Source of the DNA: Oligoflexia bacterium
GTDB taxonomy: Bacteria > Bdellovibrionota > UBA1018
Length of the DNA stretch: 64,000 bases
Reading direction: 5' to 3'
Assembly: GCA_963758495.1 (NCBI GenBank)
Contig: CAVWVI010000004.1
Location: forward strand, 960,001 to 1,024,000
In this document: piece by piece, positions 33,809-43,972 of the stretch
Numbering within the stretch: position 1 is the first letter of the stretch
How the letters are laid out: each line of letters starts with the position of its first letter
Notes under the pieces: model-generated
Seen by the model: only the letters and a program-made list of their open reading frames with translations
Databases searched by the model: none
Told to the model about the DNA's origin: nothing
Made by a program: the position numbers and the translations under genes

Positions 33809-33908
33809 TTAGATCGGCAAACATCGCACGTCAACCGATGTTTGCCGATCTAACGAATTTTCCTTAGATCGGCAAACATCGTATGTCAATCGATCTTTGC
33901 CGATCTAA
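33809..33908. repeat. Two tandem 45-bp palindromes (18-bp arms, 9-bp spacer) over the ATPase promoter
   Basis: TTAGATCGGCAAACATCG-N9-CGAT(G/C)TTTGCCGATCTAA at 33809-33853 and 33864-33908. Confidence 0.92.
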
Positions 33909-33978
33909 GAAAAATGGATTTTCGCATTGGGAATGTATTCCTATTGACTTCAATCTCAGCACCGCTAAATTAAAAAAA

Positions 33979-34785
33979 ATGAACCATTTTGTGCGCGTCT
34001 TTACCTTAGTGCTACTACTCGGGGTCATATTCAGTCACAGTTCAAGTCGCAGTACTTATGCAGCGGAAAAAGCAGAGAACCTACCGCCACGACCGTATTA
34101 TTACGTTTCAGACGAAGAAAAGATTCTCACCCCTCACACACTCCATGCGGCAGAAGCTCTCCTTGTAGAACACGATCGACTTACTGGCGAACAATTCATG
34201 GTCGCCTTGATTAAAAACTTAAATCAAGAAAATCTAACCGACCGCTCCCATCAGATCTTCACGCACTGGCAAATGGGCAACACCGGCCAGAATAATGGAA
34301 TGCTTTTGACGGTCTTTTATGAAAATCAACAAGCTTATTTGGAAGTTGGTTTTGGCTTGGAAGATAAGCTCACTGATACAAAGACTAAACCAATCCTCTC
34401 CACATTCGTGATTCCGGAATTGAAAAAAAACGACCCCAATACTGCTATTGTCATTGGAATTTATCACCTCCTGGAAGCACTGGACAGCCCGCTCATACAG
34501 AGCGGTAAAGCCGCCGAAATCCTTCACCAAGATGGACTACGTCATCTTCTAAGAAACAAGGACGAAGTTTCTTACACCTACACCTGGAAAGAATGGGTCA
34601 CACTTTTTACATTAGGAATCACCTTACTCATCATTGTCCTGAGCCAAATCCTCTCACGCGAGGCGCAATTCACCCGAAGAGGCTGGTACCGACATCATCC
34701 ATGGAAACTATTCCTCAATCGACTTCGCCATCATAAAAAACTCAAAAAACAAAGCCAGATCGGGGGCGCCTATGGTTATTGGTAA
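33979..34785 (+). CDS. TPM-domain membrane protein (YgcG-like)
   Basis: YVSDEEKIL, W.MG....NNGMLL, LEVGFGLEDKLTD, C-terminal GGAYGYW. Confidence 0.82.
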   Translation: MNHFVRVFTLVLLLGVIFSHSSSRSTYAAEKAENLPPRPYYYVSDEEKILTPHTLHAAEALLVEHDRLTGEQFMVALIKNLNQENLTDRSHQIFTHWQMGNTGQNNGMLLTVFYENQQAYLEVGFGLEDKLTDTKTKPILSTFVIPELKKNDPNTAIVIGIYHLLEALDSPLIQSGKAAEILHQDGLRHLLRNKDEVSYTYTWKEWVTLFTLGITLLIIVLSQILSREAQFTRRGWYRHHPWKLFLNRLRHHKKLKKQSQIGGAYGYW

Positions 34786-35191
34786 TCTGGAAAAGGATTC
34801 TCCCATTATCGCGGCAATCCAAGAAGCAGAAGCTGAATCTACTATTGAGATTCAAGTTCATCTTTCTAAAAGGTGGCTAGAAATCAATCCCCTGAAAAGA
34901 GCAAAAAAACTTTTCATCCAATACGAAATGAGCACCGCCCCTGAACGACCCCTGGTGCTTTTGTATGTGAATTTACGGAAGAAACTATTTTCCGTAGCAA
35001 CCGACATCCAGACATACAACACAACGAGTCAAGTCTTTTGGGAGATTTTTCTGAAAGAATTTGGAATCCATCTCAGGTCCACTCAAAGCGAAAAAGCGAT
35101 CGCCCTAGGTGTAAAATCGCTTGGAGAAGGAATGAAAAAATTCTTCCCATCCTCGCTAAAATATGATCTTACTGAGCGCGTCAATATGTAA
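34772..35191 (+). CDS. Small TPM-domain protein
   Basis: IIAAIQEAEAESTIEIQVHL, VLLYV, KFFP; overlaps the upstream TPM gene. Confidence 0.75.
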   Translation: MVIGNLEKDSPIIAAIQEAEAESTIEIQVHLSKRWLEINPLKRAKKLFIQYEMSTAPERPLVLLYVNLRKKLFSVATDIQTYNTTSQVFWEIFLKEFGIHLRSTQSEKAIALGVKSLGEGMKKFFPSSLKYDLTERVNM

Positions 35192-35205
35192 AAAAGGAAT
35201 TATTT

Positions 35206-35646
35206 ATGCCTCTCAGTACACAAAAGTCCTCCAATCCAGAAGCTATGGAATGCCTTGAAAAAATCTTCCAAGCAGAGATGTCTGGAATTATCCGCTATCT
35301 GCATTACTCTTTCATGATCATGGGACACAATCGGATTCCCATTCAAAAATGGTTTCGAGATCAAGCACAAGAGAGCATGGGTCATGCAACTATGATCGGA
35401 GAAAAAATTACTTCATTAGGAGGTCACCCTCCTGTAGTTTCTGCACGAATTGAAGAAACGAACGCTCACGAAGTAGACCAGATCCTCCAAGAGAGCTTAG
35501 GATTCGAAGCTGCAACCTTAGAACTTTACAAGAAGCTCGTTCACCTCGCCGGTGATGACATTGCCCTTGAAGAAATGGCACGCGAATTCGTTCGTACTGA
35601 AACCGAACATGTCGATGAAGTCCAAAAAATGCTGAGAAATAAATAA
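35206..35646 (+). CDS. Bacterioferritin/ferritin-like protein
   Basis: Di-iron ligands E..Y, ESMGH, E..Y, ETEH; KITSLGGHP. Confidence 0.85.
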   Translation: MPLSTQKSSNPEAMECLEKIFQAEMSGIIRYLHYSFMIMGHNRIPIQKWFRDQAQESMGHATMIGEKITSLGGHPPVVSARIEETNAHEVDQILQESLGFEAATLELYKKLVHLAGDDIALEEMAREFVRTETEHVDEVQKMLRNK

Positions 35647-35653
35647 TATTTTT

Positions 35654-35700
35654 AAAGCCCAGATTCAATGAGCCTCCCTATGGACTTGAATCTGGGCTTT
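35654..35700 (+). terminator. Hairpin downstream of the ferritin-like gene
   Basis: 15-bp IR AAAGCCCAGATTCAA/TTGAATCTGGGCTTT. Confidence 0.6.
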
Positions 35701-35873
35701 CAACTTCCCGACACCGCTTATCAAACTCATCTAAACGTCAATACCTGACTAAATAACTACAACTTTCACTCCCTAAACAATATTAATTAAGCAGGATAAG
35801 TGGCATTTATACGGATGTTAGTACAGGTTACGAAGAACTTGCTATACTCACATAACTTTACTATAAACTCTTT

Positions 35874-37055
35874 ATGAATCCCTTAAATAATCCTTTTTCT
35901 CCCGGTGCAGGATCTCCTCCTCCAGAATTGGCTGGAAGACAGCCTATTTTGGAGCGAGCTAGAATTGCCCTAGCTAGACTGAAGAACGGAAAGTCTGAAA
36001 AAAGCTTTTTGCTAGTTGGGCTTCGCGGCGTAGGAAAAACAGTTCTATTAAATGAAATCCATAAACTCGCAGAAGCTGAAGGCTATAAATCTATTTTTAT
36101 TGAAGCGCATGAAAATAAATCTCTTGCTGCACTCTTACTCCCTCAGATTAGACAACTTCTTTACACGTTGGATCGGATGGAGAATATAAGTCAGAAAGTA
36201 AAACGAGGGTTTCGTGTTCTACGAAGTTTTTTTAATGGAGTGAAGGTTAAAACCCAGGATATTGAGTTCAGTTTAGATGTTGATCCTGAGACAGGAACTG
36301 CTGATAGCGGTGATCTTGAATCCGATCTACCTATTTTACTAGAAGCTATTAGCGAGGCAGCTGCAGACCGAAAAACGGCTGTTGCATTGATAATCGACGA
36401 ATTACAATATTTAACCGAAGAAGAGCTAAGCGCGCTCATTATGGCAATGCATAAAATTGCCCAAAAACAACTGCCACTCGTTTTAGTTGGAGCTGGACTC
36501 CCGCAATTAGTAGCACTCGCTGGACGATCCAAATCCTATGCAGAACGTTTATTTGATTTTCCTCGCATAGGACCCTTACAGGAAGCTGATGCCATCAAAG
36601 CGGTTCAAGAACCTGTCAAAGAGCAAGGTATAGAGTTTACAGAGGAAGCTTTGCAGGAAATTATTATTAAAACTAAAGGCTATCCCTACTTTCTCCAAGA
36701 ATGGGGATATCAAGCGTGGAATCTTGCGCCCACCTCTCCTATCGATAAGGAGATTATTCAAAAAGCTACAAGTGCATCAATCGATCGCTTGGATGAGAGT
36801 TTTTTTCGTGTACGCTTTGATCGGCTTACGCCTAGAGAAAAAGAATATCTAAGAGGGCTTGCAGAGCTGGGTGTCGGAGCCCAACGGTCAGGTGATATTG
36901 CAGAGAAACTTGGAGTTAAAGCACAGAGCATTGCACCCATAAGAAATAGCTTAATTAAAAAAGGTATGATCTATAGCCCTACTCATGGTGATACTGAATT
37001 CACCGTTCCGTTATTTGATGAATTCATAAAACGAGTTATGCCTTTAGCAAATTAA
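35874..37055 (+). CDS. Stand-alone AAA ATPase with C-terminal wHTH
   Basis: NPFSPGAGSPPPELAGR, GLRGVGKT, IIDELQ, GYPYFLQ, FTVPLFDEFI. Confidence 0.85.
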   Translation: MNPLNNPFSPGAGSPPPELAGRQPILERARIALARLKNGKSEKSFLLVGLRGVGKTVLLNEIHKLAEAEGYKSIFIEAHENKSLAALLLPQIRQLLYTLDRMENISQKVKRGFRVLRSFFNGVKVKTQDIEFSLDVDPETGTADSGDLESDLPILLEAISEAAADRKTAVALIIDELQYLTEEELSALIMAMHKIAQKQLPLVLVGAGLPQLVALAGRSKSYAERLFDFPRIGPLQEADAIKAVQEPVKEQGIEFTEEALQEIIIKTKGYPYFLQEWGYQAWNLAPTSPIDKEIIQKATSASIDRLDESFFRVRFDRLTPREKEYLRGLAELGVGAQRSGDIAEKLGVKAQSIAPIRNSLIKKGMIYSPTHGDTEFTVPLFDEFIKRVMPLAN

Positions 37056-37091
37056 GTGAATTTAAATAGAGAATATCTATAGAGAGTATCA

Positions 37092-38399
37092 ATGACTAGC
37101 TCAATTGAGTCTTTAATTCATTCCCTTACACTTGAATCTGGATTTTCATTCGGCGGCCCTCTCGATTCCTTATTTTCGAAGGAATCTCTTCAATCTCACT
37201 CAATCACCCAACCTCTCCATCCCCCGCTCGGCAGTGATCACTACTGGATGCTTGAGGCTTTTCGTACCGCCCTTTCAGGAGTCGGAATCTCCAACCCCAA
37301 TCCATCTGTCGGTTGTGTGATCGTAGATTCACAAGGCAAGGAGATTTCAAGAGGATTCACTCACGCCTATCGAGGAATCCACGCTGAAAAAGATGCATTC
37401 AACAAGATTCAAGACTTCTCGTTACTCAAAGACGCAACTGCGTACGTTTCTCTTGAGCCCTGCTCTCACCAAGGCAACCAACCCCCCTGCTCAGATTTAC
37501 TGACTTCATCATCCATTCGAAGAGTCGTCATTTCACGTACTGACCCTGACCCTCGAGTGAATGGAGAAGGAATTCAAAAGCTAAAGAGTGCTGGGAAGGA
37601 AGTTTCATTAGGTTTGTATTCGCAAGAAACCACCGCATGGAATTTTTCATTTTTTGCCCAACGGACTCTAGGAAGACCTTGCATTGCACTGAAGTGGGCA
37701 CAAACCCTAGATGGACAACTTGCAGATGACCTAAATTCTTCGCAATGGATTACCGGTCCTACTGCTCGATCCTATACACACTGGCTTAGACAACGTTACG
37801 ATGCCATCTTAGTGGGAGCTCAAACTGTTTTGACAGATCTTCCAAGCCTTTCTGCTCGTGATTGTCAGCCCCCCCTCCAACATCAGCCTCTCCCCATCAT
37901 TCTGGATCCACGAGGACTTTGTCTCAGTGTCAATCTAGAAGTACAAACTCAGTTAAATTCAAAAACGTTCACTCCTGGGCGACGTTGTGTCTACATCACG
38001 ACCCCAGCCACTCTCAAAAAAAATTCAACCTCCTGGCTACACCAGAAAAAAGAAATCTTGATCCTCACCCTCCCAGGGAAAAAGCTCATCTCTGAACTCG
38101 CATCCTTACTGGAAGGCCGAGAGATCTCCGATTTTTTGGGGCGTCCCTTTCAAAGCGTCATGGTAGAGGGAGGCGCTAAAACACTGACCTCTTTCTTAAA
38201 AGAAGGCTACGCAGATCTACTCCATACGTTCATAGCTCCCCTACTGACAGGGGGAGAGCGAAACAGATTGCAACTTCATCATCTTTTAAAAGAAGCTCAA
38301 AAATTCCAGCTCATTTCCACCTCTCGCTTTGATTCTGATATTCTGATGGAGATGGTGTCTCAGAAGCTTGCTCAAGAAATATTTACCCTACGTCAGTAG
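37092..38399 (+). CDS. ribD: Bifunctional riboflavin deaminase/reductase
   Basis: PNPSVGCV, HAE, LEPCSH...PPC, KWAQTLDG, VEGG. Confidence 0.93.
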   Translation: MTSSIESLIHSLTLESGFSFGGPLDSLFSKESLQSHSITQPLHPPLGSDHYWMLEAFRTALSGVGISNPNPSVGCVIVDSQGKEISRGFTHAYRGIHAEKDAFNKIQDFSLLKDATAYVSLEPCSHQGNQPPCSDLLTSSSIRRVVISRTDPDPRVNGEGIQKLKSAGKEVSLGLYSQETTAWNFSFFAQRTLGRPCIALKWAQTLDGQLADDLNSSQWITGPTARSYTHWLRQRYDAILVGAQTVLTDLPSLSARDCQPPLQHQPLPIILDPRGLCLSVNLEVQTQLNSKTFTPGRRCVYITTPATLKKNSTSWLHQKKEILILTLPGKKLISELASLLEGREISDFLGRPFQSVMVEGGAKTLTSFLKEGYADLLHTFIAPLLTGGERNRLQLHHLLKEAQKFQLISTSRFDSDILMEMVSQKLAQEIFTLRQ

Positions 38400-38445
38400 T
38401 TCCTTGCAGTGCTTACCCGCTACCTAGACACCTACTCCCACAACA

Positions 38446-39045
38446 CTACTTAAAACTCACGCGATAATTGAAAGACTTGCCCCAATTAAGTTCAGCGATT
38501 TGGCCCGACGACACAGGACCCACTCCTGCAGGAGTCCCGGTAAAAATGACATCCCCGTCGCAAAGTGGAAAAAACTTTTTTGCGTAGATTGCACATTTTT
38601 CGGCAGAAAAGCGCATTTCCTTTCCATATCCTCTCTGACGAACTTGACCATCGAGACTGAAGGCAAACTCTTCTTCTAAAAATTTTTCAAAACTAGAAAC
38701 TGGAACCCAAGGCCCAATCACGGCTGAATTTTTAAAGACCTTTGAAATTTCCCAAGGCTGACCCTTTTTCCTCAGCTGAGCTTGTTCATCTCGGAGTGTC
38801 AAATCCAACCCCAGTGAGACTGAGTGAATCAACCCTTTCGAATCCAACTGAAGTATGATTTCACACTCATGATGAACTTCACCACGGCCCACGGGTAGCT
38901 CCACTTGAACCAAGTCTCTCATGGATTGTACTTTCACAACCACACTGGGAGGCTTGAGAAAAAGAACAGGATTTTCTGAAGTAGTGTCTCCCATTTCTAG
39001 CGCATGAGAGAGATAGTTTTTTCCAAAACAAATGAGTTTATCCAT
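38446..39045 (-). CDS. Fumarylacetoacetate hydrolase family protein
   Basis: GKNY..H, FLKP, HHECE, DLTLRD, GDVIFTGTPAGVG. Confidence 0.92.
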   Translation of the reverse strand: MDKLICFGKNYLSHALEMGDTTSENPVLFLKPPSVVVKVQSMRDLVQVELPVGRGEVHHECEIILQLDSKGLIHSVSLGLDLTLRDEQAQLRKKGQPWEISKVFKNSAVIGPWVPVSSFEKFLEEEFAFSLDGQVRQRGYGKEMRFSAEKCAIYAKKFFPLCDGDVIFTGTPAGVGPVSSGQIAELNWGKSFNYRVSFK

Positions 39046-39183
39046 ATTAGGTACCTTCTCCAAATAGTTCTCTTATCTAATTTCCACATGATAAACAATA
39101 CCACCTGGGTAACCATTATCTTCAGTGCAAATTCTTAGTATTTGTTATAACGCTTTGTTCGTTGAGGAAGGGGGGAGTAAAGT

Positions 39184-41154
39184 GTGCGTAATCGACTCAT
39201 AAAATGGGTAAAGCTCAATGAAAGGATCTTAACCATCCTCGCGAGCTCCATTTGCCTTACTCTTCTACTCCTCAATCTAGATTTCAATTTCTTAGAAGCT
39301 AACCTTTATGACCTCAGAGTTTCCCATGGCTATCCGAGTAATTCTAGTGATGAAATAGCCCTAATCGCTTTAGATGATACCACTACAAAAGAGTTCAATA
39401 ACTTTGCTCCGTTTTCTCTAGATTTCCATTCGCGTCTTTTAGAAACCCTTGAAACATTCAATCCTAAAGCAGTGGGTTATTTAATCGACATGAATCATGT
39501 CAAACAAGTCAACCGAGAGTTTTTTAAAGGACCTTGGGCAACTCGATTTATCGAAGCCACAAAACGAATGAACGCAAAAGGTATTCCATTTCTTCTCGGT
39601 ACCCCTTTTGATGTTACTGGAGAAGTTATACCCCCGACGCCCCTCAATACACTTCCCCATTCTGTTGCATTGGTGCATCAGGACGGGAATGTATTTTCAG
39701 AAGATAAAATTACCCGAAGAGCATTGCTCACCTTATATGGAAAACCAGCCTTTCATCTCAATCTAGCAGAAAAGCTAGGGCTTACTGATCGAAATGAGAT
39801 GCCAAAAGGAACCTTCTATATTCCTGATGTGGATGCAAAGTATTTTTTCTTTAGGTACCATTCAAGCACTGCCCTGAACCAAAAACAGTTGAAGAACTTT
39901 CCCTATTCTACCTACTCATTTGCGGATGTCCTGAATCGACGCATCCCATTGGAAAATTTAAAAAATAAAATTATCCTAGTGGGCACGTTGTCATCAGATG
40001 ACTCTGCTGACTTTGCACTCACTCCGTTCTCCAAAGCCTCGTTTTCCAATCCAAAATTGCTAGTACACGCCAATATCTTAGACTCAATCCTTCATCAAGA
40101 TGGCATTATTCGTGCTCCTCATATTCTCAATGGCTTAGTCACATTTTTAGTCACGACGATTGTCTTGTGGTGGATCATGACATCCACTCCTCTTTATGGA
40201 GTGTTCGCAACTCTCACTTTAGCGCTTTCACTCATTATCATCAATCAAGCTCTCTTTCAAATTAGAGGCCTTTGGTTACGTGAGAGCCAGCCTCTCGTTG
40301 GAATATTTGTCAGTTACTATCTAGCAGTTCCTTATCGACTCATTCGAGAATATAAAAAACGATGGGATTACCAACAAAAAAATGAACTCCTCACTCAGGT
40401 TGAGGAACTCAAAACAAACTTTCTCTCCTTAGTAACACACGATTTAAAAACACCAGTTGCGAGAATACAAGGCCTTGCAGAAGTTCTTCTTCGCGGATCA
40501 CTCAATCGCCTCTCTCTCACCGAAAGAGATAATCTCAAAAACATCATTAGCTCTACTGAAGAATTAAACCATTTCATTTCCAGCATTCTAGAACTCAGCA
40601 AGGTCGAATCCGATCACCTTCATTTGAACCTCGCCTCCAAAGATATTAACCATTTAATTGAAAGATCAATTGAAGTTTTTCAAACCCAAGCCCACGCTCA
40701 GCAAATTCAAATTCATGCTGAGCTAGAACCTATATTTCCGATTAAAATAGATGCATCATTGATTTCAAAGGTTTTAAATAATCTGATTGATAACGCAATT
40801 AAATACTCCCAACCTCAATCAATCATCTCAATTCGATCTAAAGAAGAAAATAATTGGATCGTGATTTCTGTTCAAGATCAAGGAATCGGGATGACGGAAG
40901 AAGAACAAGAACGCCTCTTTACTCGATTTTATAGAGCTAAAAACGATACGACTACCGCTATCTCAGGAACAGGTCTGGGGCTCTATCTTACAAAGTATTT
41001 TATCGAAGCTCACCACGGAAAAGTCGAAGTAGTGAGTGAAAAAAATCTAGGGAGCACCTTCCAAATCTTCTTACCCCTCCAAGGCAGCTCTGGCGAATAC
41101 CCTAAATTCTCAACTCATCCAATCCCGATATTCAAGGAGAATTCTAATGTTTAA
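39184..41154 (+). CDS. CHASE2-domain sensor histidine kinase
   Basis: CHASE2 motifs (IALDD, KIILVG, TPF, HANIL), three TMs, HDLKTP, NLIDNAIKY, DQGIG, GTGLGL. Confidence 0.92.
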   Translation: MRNRLIKWVKLNERILTILASSICLTLLLLNLDFNFLEANLYDLRVSHGYPSNSSDEIALIALDDTTTKEFNNFAPFSLDFHSRLLETLETFNPKAVGYLIDMNHVKQVNREFFKGPWATRFIEATKRMNAKGIPFLLGTPFDVTGEVIPPTPLNTLPHSVALVHQDGNVFSEDKITRRALLTLYGKPAFHLNLAEKLGLTDRNEMPKGTFYIPDVDAKYFFFRYHSSTALNQKQLKNFPYSTYSFADVLNRRIPLENLKNKIILVGTLSSDDSADFALTPFSKASFSNPKLLVHANILDSILHQDGIIRAPHILNGLVTFLVTTIVLWWIMTSTPLYGVFATLTLALSLIIINQALFQIRGLWLRESQPLVGIFVSYYLAVPYRLIREYKKRWDYQQKNELLTQVEELKTNFLSLVTHDLKTPVARIQGLAEVLLRGSLNRLSLTERDNLKNIISSTEELNHFISSILELSKVESDHLHLNLASKDINHLIERSIEVFQTQAHAQQIQIHAELEPIFPIKIDASLISKVLNNLIDNAIKYSQPQSIISIRSKEENNWIVISVQDQGIGMTEEEQERLFTRFYRAKNDTTTAISGTGLGLYLTKYFIEAHHGKVEVVSEKNLGSTFQIFLPLQGSSGEYPKFSTHPIPIFKENSNV

Positions 41155-42583
41155 AGTATTAGTCACCGATGACGACTCACAACTCCGACTTTCTGTTGCA
41201 TCTGCCCTGACCGCTAACCATTATAGGGTAGATCAAGCTAAAGATGGCGAAGAAGGTATCAATCGCGTAAAAGCAGGACATTACGATCTCGTCCTGATGG
41301 ATGTCAATATGCCCCGAGTATCTGGCATGGAAGCTCTTAAGGAAATCAAAGCCTATGACCCATCTATTATTGTGATTATCCTGACTGCCTTTTCAAACGT
41401 ACGAGATGCTGTCGAAGCCACTAAAGAAGGTGCTTATAATTATCTGGAAAAGCCGATCAAAGCTGAAAATTTAGTTTACTTGGTTGACAAGGCGTTGCGC
41501 GCGAAACACATGATCCGCAATATGACTCTATCTGCCCCTGTATTTAAACTTCCCAACGGTACAGACTTTATTGGTCAAAGTTCCGAAATGAAACGAATCT
41601 TTGGCGTCATTGACAAGCTCTCTCGGGTGGATACCTCTGTCATTATTCGAGGGGAAAGTGGGACTGGGAAAGAATTAGTGGCGCAAGCTTTACATTTTAA
41701 TAGCTCCAGAAAAGATAACCGATTCGTGACCATTAATTGTTCTGCAATTCCAGAAAGCTTAATCGAAAGTGAATTTTTTGGACACGAAAAAGGAGCTTTC
41801 ACTGGAGCCGATTCTAGAAAAATAGGAAAATTCCAATACGCTGATGGTGGAACTTTATTTCTTGATGAAATTGGAGACATCTCATCTGGAATGCAAGTTA
41901 AACTACTTCGAGCTTTACAAGAAAAAAAATTCACTCCCGTTGGATCGAATCGTGAAGTTGAAGTCAATCTTCGCATAGTTGCAGCCACTAATCGGAATTT
42001 GGAAGAAATGATTAAAAAAGGAGAATTCCGAGAAGATCTCTTCTATAGACTCAATGTTCTACCTATTCAACTTCCACCCTTACGAGAAAGAAAAAATGAT
42101 ATAGAAGCTCTTGCCACTTACTTCATAGAGAAGTTTAATCAACAACATCATAAGAATATTACTCACTTGTCTCCTGATGCGATGGCGTCACTCAAAGCTC
42201 ATTCTTGGCCTGGGAATATCCGTGAATTGGAAAATGTTATTGAACATGCATTTGTCATAGAAACCACTACAGAGCTCACACTTGCAAGCTTGCCAGATAC
42301 CTTTATACATAAAAATGCCCCCCCCCCTCCCGCTTCCATTCTTTCTGTTTCGACAGGAGGTTCAATCGGAATTCCGTTAGGAGTCGGGAAAGGATTTACC
42401 CTCGACATCAACCACCTTGATTTTCAGGCAAACAAAGAAGAGTTCGAACGACAATTTCTCATCAGCGCCCTTAAAGCATTTAAGGGAAGAATCAATCAAA
42501 CCGCACTACATGCAAATATTCCAAAAAAGACTCTTTTAAGAAAACTTGAGAAATATGCAATTAACGCACGGGACTATTGCTAA
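41147..42583 (+). CDS. Sigma54-dependent response regulator (NtrC family)
   Basis: Receiver domain, GESGTGKE, GAFTGA, FLDEIG, WPGNIRELEN, HTH. Confidence 0.95.
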   Translation: MFKVLVTDDDSQLRLSVASALTANHYRVDQAKDGEEGINRVKAGHYDLVLMDVNMPRVSGMEALKEIKAYDPSIIVIILTAFSNVRDAVEATKEGAYNYLEKPIKAENLVYLVDKALRAKHMIRNMTLSAPVFKLPNGTDFIGQSSEMKRIFGVIDKLSRVDTSVIIRGESGTGKELVAQALHFNSSRKDNRFVTINCSAIPESLIESEFFGHEKGAFTGADSRKIGKFQYADGGTLFLDEIGDISSGMQVKLLRALQEKKFTPVGSNREVEVNLRIVAATNRNLEEMIKKGEFREDLFYRLNVLPIQLPPLRERKNDIEALATYFIEKFNQQHHKNITHLSPDAMASLKAHSWPGNIRELENVIEHAFVIETTTELTLASLPDTFIHKNAPPPPASILSVSTGGSIGIPLGVGKGFTLDINHLDFQANKEEFERQFLISALKAFKGRINQTALHANIPKKTLLRKLEKYAINARDYC

Positions 42584-42594
42584 ACAGCTTATTA

Positions 42595-43887
42595 TTAGAG
42601 GTAATTTTTAAACAATTTATCATAGTGTTCTTGAATATTTTTTAAATTTACCATATTAAAAAAACTTGAAAAACTCATCCAAACTGCAAGACCATTTAAA
42701 TCACTGAAGTGAGATGGCAAGTGAACCGGGGGATCAATGATGCCTTCTTTAAACTTTTGATAAATCAAGGGTACATCATCAATGCGAAGCTTACCCACAA
42801 AAAGAAACGGCAGAAGATGGGGTTTACCTGCACGAATCGCTGCCCTTAAAAAATTATAATTTTCTACAAACCCTCGGCAATAAGAAATATCTTTTGTGAA
42901 TGGCGCTCCACCCTCTATTACTCCTCCCCTAAACACTCGTCGAGCATTGGCAATACAATCATCTTCTGAATACCCTTCTGTTCTATAAAATTCGATCAAC
43001 TCGAGTATATTTGCACCATCTTCCGCCTTATTAATTCCTATAATTCGATCATTAATTTGCCGTGCTCGCTTGGGATAAGAACGAAAGGTAAAGATTTCCA
43101 TGATGACCGCAAGCCCTTCTTGCGTTGCGGCACACCGGGGTGGCCCCTTAGATAACCACTTCGCCACATGCTGTTGATGACCATTTTGGGTGGTTCCCAC
43201 GTGAACCCAACCTTCATGTACTTCAAGGATATCAATATCGCGAGAAGAGAATTTAGCGCCTTCCTTAATTTTCACCACATCTCCACCCGCAGACGCATCC
43301 GCTAATATTCCATCAGAAATTTGGGCTTCTACACGATTCCCTTTAAAATAGGATTTAAATCTTATATTAAGAGTATCTACAACTTCCTTCGCTTCATGAA
43401 TTTCTGGATAAGAGGGTCCTAATGTCGAATCTTCAAATCCATTCAAAATAGAATAAAGAACCTTGCCTAATTCAAAAATAGTATTGCTATCACCATATAA
43501 ATTATCCTTGGGAGACCCATAGAGCTTTCGACTATACTCCCAAAATTTTTTGGTGCCCCGCGCTAAGAGCATTTGAACCACATCAATATATTGTTCGGTG
43601 ACTTCCTTCAGCAATCGCCCTAACGCATCTTCCGATCCAAGAGTCGTGTCAATATCTCGAGCAATATCCCTTAATTCATCTAATTTTTTATCCGGCTCGA
43701 AACCCAACTGAATCTTTTCATAGTAGCTCGCATTGACCTTGGGCATATGTCGAAGCTTACTTTTCCTCAGTTCTTGTTCAATGGAAGGATCCCATTTTAT
43801 CGCATCTAGAATACGAATAGGCTTCTGTGCCTCAACTATTCGTTGTGAAAGGCGCTTGATTTTTTCTTTGTATGTCGTCCACACCAT
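42595..43887 (-). CDS. QEGLA-motif metallopeptidase-like protein (DUF1704)
   Basis: HEGWVH, TQEGLA, RRVFRGG, FTKDISY. Confidence 0.88.
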   Translation of the reverse strand: MVWTTYKEKIKRLSQRIVEAQKPIRILDAIKWDPSIEQELRKSKLRHMPKVNASYYEKIQLGFEPDKKLDELRDIARDIDTTLGSEDALGRLLKEVTEQYIDVVQMLLARGTKKFWEYSRKLYGSPKDNLYGDSNTIFELGKVLYSILNGFEDSTLGPSYPEIHEAKEVVDTLNIRFKSYFKGNRVEAQISDGILADASAGGDVVKIKEGAKFSSRDIDILEVHEGWVHVGTTQNGHQQHVAKWLSKGPPRCAATQEGLAVIMEIFTFRSYPKRARQINDRIIGINKAEDGANILELIEFYRTEGYSEDDCIANARRVFRGGVIEGGAPFTKDISYCRGFVENYNFLRAAIRAGKPHLLPFLFVGKLRIDDVPLIYQKFKEGIIDPPVHLPSHFSDLNGLAVWMSFSSFFNMVNLKNIQEHYDKLFKNYL

Positions 43888-43972
43888 AGTTCTTTAATTG
43901 TAACCCAATCTTTTCAGTTTTCCTTAATTTGGTACTTTGCTTGCTAATTATTTATCAAAAGAGGATCCATTC

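Noticed and set aside
33809..33908. Possible mini CRISPR array
   Set aside because: Units alternate in orientation with 9-10 bp gaps; no spacer-length unique sequences and no cas genes
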